Source of the DNA: Candidatus Thorarchaeota archaeon
Lineage (GTDB): Archaea > Asgardarchaeota > Thorarchaeia > Thorarchaeales > Thorarchaeaceae
Length of the DNA stretch: 28,448 nucleotides
NCBI GenBank assembly: GCA_048882325.1
Contig: JBHLRS010000041.1
Span: 1 to 28,448, forward strand
Reading direction: 5' to 3'
Shown here: one piece after another, positions 24,436-28,448 of the stretch
Layout: each line of letters opens with the position of its first letter
Numbering within the stretch: position 1 is the first letter of the stretch
The notes under the pieces: generated by a model
The model's database searches: none
What the model was told of the DNA's origin: nothing
What the model saw: only the letters and a program-made list of their open reading frames with translations
Position numbers and translations under genes: made by a program

Positions 24436-24870
24436 ATGGAAGAACATGTCTACCACCTAAACGCCCGAGTGGTCCGCTCCATGTTCGCAGGTGTGAAGCT
24501 TCCGGACATGGAAGAGTTTGAGGTTACAACATCCCCCGATTGGTGGCCTGATGCACCCGCGGGAGTCCACACACCGCATCAAATGCTGTTGGCTGCGTGC
24601 GCATCATGCCAGCTGGTGATGATGTTTAGAACAGCTCATTCACTGCATACTGAATTCAAAGATGCAACAGTCGATGCCACCGGGACTATGGGTGAGCACA
24701 ATGGAATCTGGAGATTTGATGAGATACTTTTGAGGGTCAAAGTTATCATCGATGATGAGTCGAATCGGCAGAAGGTGGAACGAGTTGTCAAGCTGGCTCA
24801 TGATACTTGTCCAATAAACAACTCACTCTCAACCAATGTTGTCATTGAGACAGAGATTGTAGTGGGATGA
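24436..24870 (+). CDS. OsmC/Ohr-family protein (paralogue)
   Basis: 'TPHQMLLAACASC' and 'AHDTCPINNSL'. Similar to the upstream gene. Confidence 0.85.
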   Translation: MEEHVYHLNARVVRSMFAGVKLPDMEEFEVTTSPDWWPDAPAGVHTPHQMLLAACASCQLVMMFRTAHSLHTEFKDATVDATGTMGEHNGIWRFDEILLRVKVIIDDESNRQKVERVVKLAHDTCPINNSLSTNVVIETEIVVG

Positions 24871-24872
24871 TA

Positions 24873-25247
24873 CTACAGCTGTGGAAGTGGTATCTCTGCA
24901 GAATACTCCTCACCGCATTCGCAGTTGAGCTTGACAGACCATTTCTTAGGCACCGGGACATTGAAGTCTTTGATATGATCTTTTAGACTATCACGTACTC
25001 CCCTTAGTAGATTCACATATACATCAGCGAGTGCTGTGATTTCCTCTGGAAAATCAAGATCTGAGAGATAATATCTGAATGCTGCCTCACACTTCGGACA
25101 AGCTGTTAGCAGTACGTGAGTAACGTCTTCACAACTCTCACATTTGATCTCATTCCTCTCGATCTTTGGTGCAAGAGGTATTTCCATCTCTAGGTCGTTC
25201 TTATGACCACAAACATAACAGAAATATCGCAATGGAAGCTTCGGCAT
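24873..25247 (-). CDS. Small Cys-rich zinc-finger protein
   Basis: CYVC, CESC, CPKC and CEC motifs. Confidence 0.7.
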   Translation of the reverse strand: MPKLPLRYFCYVCGHKNDLEMEIPLAPKIERNEIKCESCEDVTHVLLTACPKCEAAFRYYLSDLDFPEEITALADVYVNLLRGVRDSLKDHIKDFNVPVPKKWSVKLNCECGEEYSAEIPLPQL

Positions 25248-25367
25248 TGGCTAATCCTCATCTCATCATTGACCTGTTGATAGAGCATCTCTTGCTAAAA
25301 GTATAGTGTGTATCTTTGATTAGAGCAACTACAATCAAATGGGGGAACGAACCCACCATTTGAGTTG

Positions 25368-25598
25368 CTACTCAGCAATTGCGATTGACTTCGCTGTCAT
25401 TACAGTCATATCACCGATTGATTCAGCTACAATGTGGACTTTCTTTCCTATGTCTAATGTTTCATATTTGGTAAAGGCTGCCACTTTGATCTTCAATTCC
25501 CCTTGTCCATCTGTTTTGACTCCTATGAATCCGTATTTCTTGGAACCTATGTTTCCTAGCTGAGTCGAGATGATTGAACCAGTGATCGCTTTTTCCAT
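25368..25598 (-). CDS. Small beta-rich (OB-fold-like) protein, paralogue of 25823..26098
   Basis: MEKAITGSIISTQLG...KYGFIG......KIKV...T.YETL.IG..V aligns with the neighbour. Start ATG 25598. Confidence 0.7.
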   Translation of the reverse strand: MEKAITGSIISTQLGNIGSKKYGFIGVKTDGQGELKIKVAAFTKYETLDIGKKVHIVAESIGDMTVMTAKSIAIAE

Positions 25599-25822
25599 TT
25601 TGATTCGCCGCAACAATATCGATTGAATCGAGTATTATAGAATGCATCAATGCAACCGATATGCAGGTATTGCTAAGCAGTTGCTGTGATTTTGCGATGT
25701 GAAGAACAAGCCGATTCTATTCAGCGGGATAGCTTAACCTGGCAGTCATAGCCCTAATATCAGGAGTCATTTTTGCAATGGTATAAATCTGTGTGTGAAT
25801 AACGTCATCTATCCCCGCACCT

Positions 25823-26098
25823 TTAGGTTGCTACTGCAGCCTCTTTTGAAGTTCTTTCCTTACTCGATTTCAGTTGGATTTTCCGTGCAACAAGGATGTC
25901 AGTGTCCGCGAGAGTATGCACTTCAACAATGACCTCATCACCGATGGTTAGAGTTTCATACCATGTGTATGAATCAACCTTGACCTTGACATGAGTCTTG
26001 TCAGGTAGCTCTAGTCCGAGATAACCATAGATGATCTTCTTACTGGTTATTTCACCCAAGTTGGTCGATGCAATTCTTCCTTCGATATGCGCGCTCAT
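25823..26098 (-). CDS. Small beta-rich (OB-fold-like) protein
   Basis: IEGRIASTNLG...YGYLG.....KVKV...T.YETL.IGD.V.V.......LVARKI pattern. Confidence 0.7.
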   Translation of the reverse strand: MSAHIEGRIASTNLGEITSKKIIYGYLGLELPDKTHVKVKVDSYTWYETLTIGDEVIVEVHTLADTDILVARKIQLKSSKERTSKEAAVAT

Positions 26099-26099
26099 G

Positions 26100-26117
26100 T
26101 ATTAACAATTGTTAATA
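26100..26117. promoter_or_regulatory. Perfect 18-bp palindrome TATTAACAATTGTTAATA directly upstream of the 26098 start
   Basis: Perfect inverted repeat abutting the ATG of the minus-strand gene. Confidence 0.7.
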
Positions 26118-26151
26118 ATCCATATAGGCGTATGGGTAATAAACAAAACTA

Positions 26152-26682
26152 TTAATCGGCCTCTCGAAGGTCATTCGGATACACCTCTGTGTTTGCCACA
26201 TATGTGTCCAAATAGTCCTCTATGGCTTTTCTAGCCTCTCCCTCTGGGTCTAGGTTTCTCAGATACTTTGCTGGAACTCCTGCATAGATCTTGTATGGTT
26301 CTGTCTTTGTCTTGTTGTGAAGAAGAGCTGAATTTGCAATCATTGCCCCTTCTGCAACCTTGCTTCCTAACATAAGGACAGCTCCCATTCCAATTGCAGC
26401 ATTGTCTCCGATGTATTCAGCATGGATGGTAGCATTATGCCCAATATTCACTCTTCGACCAATCTTGGTGATAAAAGCAGAGTCTGAATGGATGACAACA
26501 CCATCTTGGACATTGGTTTCATCGCCTATCTCTATTCTCCCCCTGTCTCCCCTTACGGACGCCATGGGTGCCACAAATACACGTTCCCCTATCTTCACAT
26601 CTCCTATGACGGACGCTTGAGGGTGAACATAGGCTGTTGATGCTATCTCTGGTCTTTTGTTTCCTAGTTCATATATTGTCAT
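26152..26682 (-). CDS. Gamma-carbonic anhydrase family / hexapeptide-repeat protein
   Basis: 'IYEL...P.I...AYVHP.A.VIGDV.IG', 'RGD...I.IG..TNVQDG.VIH', 'IGHNATIH' (three His ligands), 'G.PAK..R'. Start ATG 26682. Confidence 0.9.
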   Translation of the reverse strand: MTIYELGNKRPEIASTAYVHPQASVIGDVKIGERVFVAPMASVRGDRGRIEIGDETNVQDGVVIHSDSAFITKIGRRVNIGHNATIHAEYIGDNAAIGMGAVLMLGSKVAEGAMIANSALLHNKTKTEPYKIYAGVPAKYLRNLDPEGEARKAIEDYLDTYVANTEVYPNDLREAD

Positions 26683-26687
26683 TATGC

Positions 26688-27404
26688 TCAACTCTTGGTC
26701 AGGATTCCCACATATTGCGATACTCCATCTATTTGTATTGTTTTCTCTAGCTGCCATCCTGCTTTCTTTGCGAGCAACTTCATCTCATCAGGAGTGACCA
26801 ACCATAGGTCTGACCACTCGCCTACAAGATCTTTGTACTTGACTCTGATCCTGACGAGACCTGGAGGTCTATTGCGTTCCCTATTCTTCTTTTGATACTC
26901 TAGATGACTAGAATCTTCTGTATTCAGCGGATCTAACGTTCCAGCTAGGATTATTGCATCCGGTGTGGTAATTCCATGGAGCTGTCGTAGCATCTTAACG
27001 ATATGGTCTTCATCGCCTGCAACACCGAAGTTGTTCCCAAACAAAACCACTGTGTCAAACACATCATCTTTGAAATGAAGATCGCTTGCAGACATGACAT
27101 ATGCTCTGCCAACGCCCATTATTCGACTTGCTTCGATCGCACCAGGTGCAAGATCGATTCCAACAACATCATGCCCAAGAATCTGCAGATACAAGGCAAC
27201 TCTTCCAGCTCCGCACCCGATATCCAAGACTTTGCCCTTTGCATGCTTTATTGCTATCTGCTCAATCTCAGACCACTCTGAAACTGGTTGAATGTAATCA
27301 CTTACCTCAAGGGTCTCGACTCGCCCATCATCTCTTTCGATGTGGTACTTCCCAGTGACGCCGTTTGCGGCATCTCTCATTATCTCACTCCATGTTTCAG
27401 GCAT
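26688..27404 (-). CDS. Class I SAM-dependent methyltransferase
   Basis: Motif I 'VLDIGCGAGR', 'VVGIDLA', 'FDTVVLFGNNFG'. Confidence 0.9.
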   Translation of the reverse strand: MPETWSEIMRDAANGVTGKYHIERDDGRVETLEVSDYIQPVSEWSEIEQIAIKHAKGKVLDIGCGAGRVALYLQILGHDVVGIDLAPGAIEASRIMGVGRAYVMSASDLHFKDDVFDTVVLFGNNFGVAGDEDHIVKMLRQLHGITTPDAIILAGTLDPLNTEDSSHLEYQKKNRERNRPPGLVRIRVKYKDLVGEWSDLWLVTPDEMKLLAKKAGWQLEKTIQIDGVSQYVGILTKS

Positions 27405-27519
27405 GCTTCAAACCAATCTCTACTAACGGAAAAGGGAATCGGTTTTGGGACTGACATGAGGAACTGTTATATCAAACTATATTCAATCGATACCATTCGG
27501 CTTTGGGAGATTGTTGTAG

Positions 27520-28233
27520 ATGAGTGAATCCGAACCCACTATGGAGATTTCTGTTTATGGTGGAAAACGCGACGAAGTGAAGGAGTCCATTGAGAAGAAT
27601 CTCGAGCTCTCAGACGAGAGCTTCTATCAGACTTGGTTGAGCATCAACGTGATGAAGCAATTGGGTTTTCTCTTTGAGGGTGGTGTTGAGAGCTCTGGTG
27701 GAATCATTGAGATGATCATCATGTTTGTGTTTGTGGCTCTCATACTTGCGGTCTTCGCATTTTGGCAGGTTGTTGTCTTCATCGCTGTTATACTTGTACT
27801 TGCAATATTCAGCGGCGGGGCATCGTTCAAGTTTATCCGAGGGACGTATATTGAGGCTGACCATACAAAGATGGATCTAGCTAAGCTGGACAATTTCATC
27901 AAGGAACAGATTCAGAGGGGTCGTTTTGTCAAGGTAGAGTCAACAGCAGCTAATGTAAATCTAAGTGATTTCACAAAGAGGTCTACAAGAGCAACCCGAG
28001 TGTTCCGGAATGGTATCAAGATATCTCTGGTCATATCAACAATTTTCCTGATTGTTGAAGTTGCATACCGGTTTGTAGTCGGTCATTGGCTTTCAGGTTT
28101 GGATCCTGTTACTGGTTCCCAAGAAATATGGGTACTCCTCGGATTTGGTCTTGTGTTTCTGATTGGAATTATCACTATGGATATCGGTGTGTTGATGCGA
28201 AGAGGTCTCAGCAAATCAATTGCGCAAACCTAG
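27520..28233 (+). CDS. Membrane protein of unknown function
   Basis: About 4 hydrophobic helices. Stop overlaps that of the convergent downstream gene. Confidence 0.65.
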   Translation: MSESEPTMEISVYGGKRDEVKESIEKNLELSDESFYQTWLSINVMKQLGFLFEGGVESSGGIIEMIIMFVFVALILAVFAFWQVVVFIAVILVLAIFSGGASFKFIRGTYIEADHTKMDLAKLDNFIKEQIQRGRFVKVESTAANVNLSDFTKRSTRATRVFRNGIKISLVISTIFLIVEVAYRFVVGHWLSGLDPVTGSQEIWVLLGFGLVFLIGIITMDIGVLMRRGLSKSIAQT

Positions 28234-28448
28234 ACAACATCAAAGACAATTGCCCAGAACTCACGCTCGGAGACTCCTGTCCTAAGTCCCTTCAAGTCTT
28301 CCTTCATCTTGTCAAAAGCGACCTTAGATTGAGTCTTCTTCTGCTCTTCGTGGGTTCGCTTCACACGTTCAGTTATCTCACGTGCCTGTTCAGGAGTGGC
28401 TTTGATTCCCCCCATCTTCAGAAGATACTCCACAAAATGTCTACCAAC
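28230..28448 (-). CDS. C-terminal fragment of a probable homocitrate/isopropylmalate/citramalate synthase-family protein (5' truncated)
   Basis: Frame is open to the window edge. 'VGRHFVEYLL..GG...T.EQ..EI..RVK' resembles the '(S)GRHAV...L...G......I...VK' post-catalytic subdomain of the LeuA/HCS family. Confidence 0.5.
   Translation of the reverse strand, partial: VGRHFVEYLLKMGGIKATPEQAREITERVKRTHEEQKKTQSKVAFDKMKEDLKGLRTGVSEREFWAIVFDVV

Noticed and set aside
1-28448. CRISPR arrays, tRNA/rRNA genes, transposases or integrases
   Set aside because: No regularly spaced repeats, cloverleaf/rRNA signatures or recombinase motifs were seen by eye.

Overview
Gene-dense archaeal-looking window, most likely from an Asgard archaeon (Thorarchaeota-like). 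This assignment is inferred from gene content, GGTGA/GAGG-type ribosome sites and the style of the surface proteins; it is not proven. The centrepiece is a compact co-oriented cluster at 3939-8896 encoding a self-contained ubiquitin-like conjugation system. It comprises a beta-grasp modifier ending GG-A, an E2/UBC-fold enzyme that seems to need a non-canonical start codon, a two-domain E1 (inactive plus active adenylation domains), an Rpn11-like JAMM protease fused to a possible PH-like domain and an acidic tail, and a transglutaminase-like Cys-His-Asp enzyme. No RING E3 is visible. A membrane-anchored/zinc-ribbon gene pair converges on the cluster. The rest of the window holds a DOMON/EB_dh-like surface protein, a PadR-methyltransferase-like fusion, a TPR protein, a multi-PAS/GAF two-component cluster, glutamine-dependent NadE, a vWA protein, two OsmC-like proteins, two small OB-fold-like paralogues, a gamma-carbonic anhydrase and a methyltransferase. 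Non-coding signals include a palindrome (ATTAACAATTGTTAAT) in three promoter regions and a duplicated hairpin-plus-motif element flanking the PadR gene. An unannotated 37-aa ORF lies divergent from the Ubl operon.
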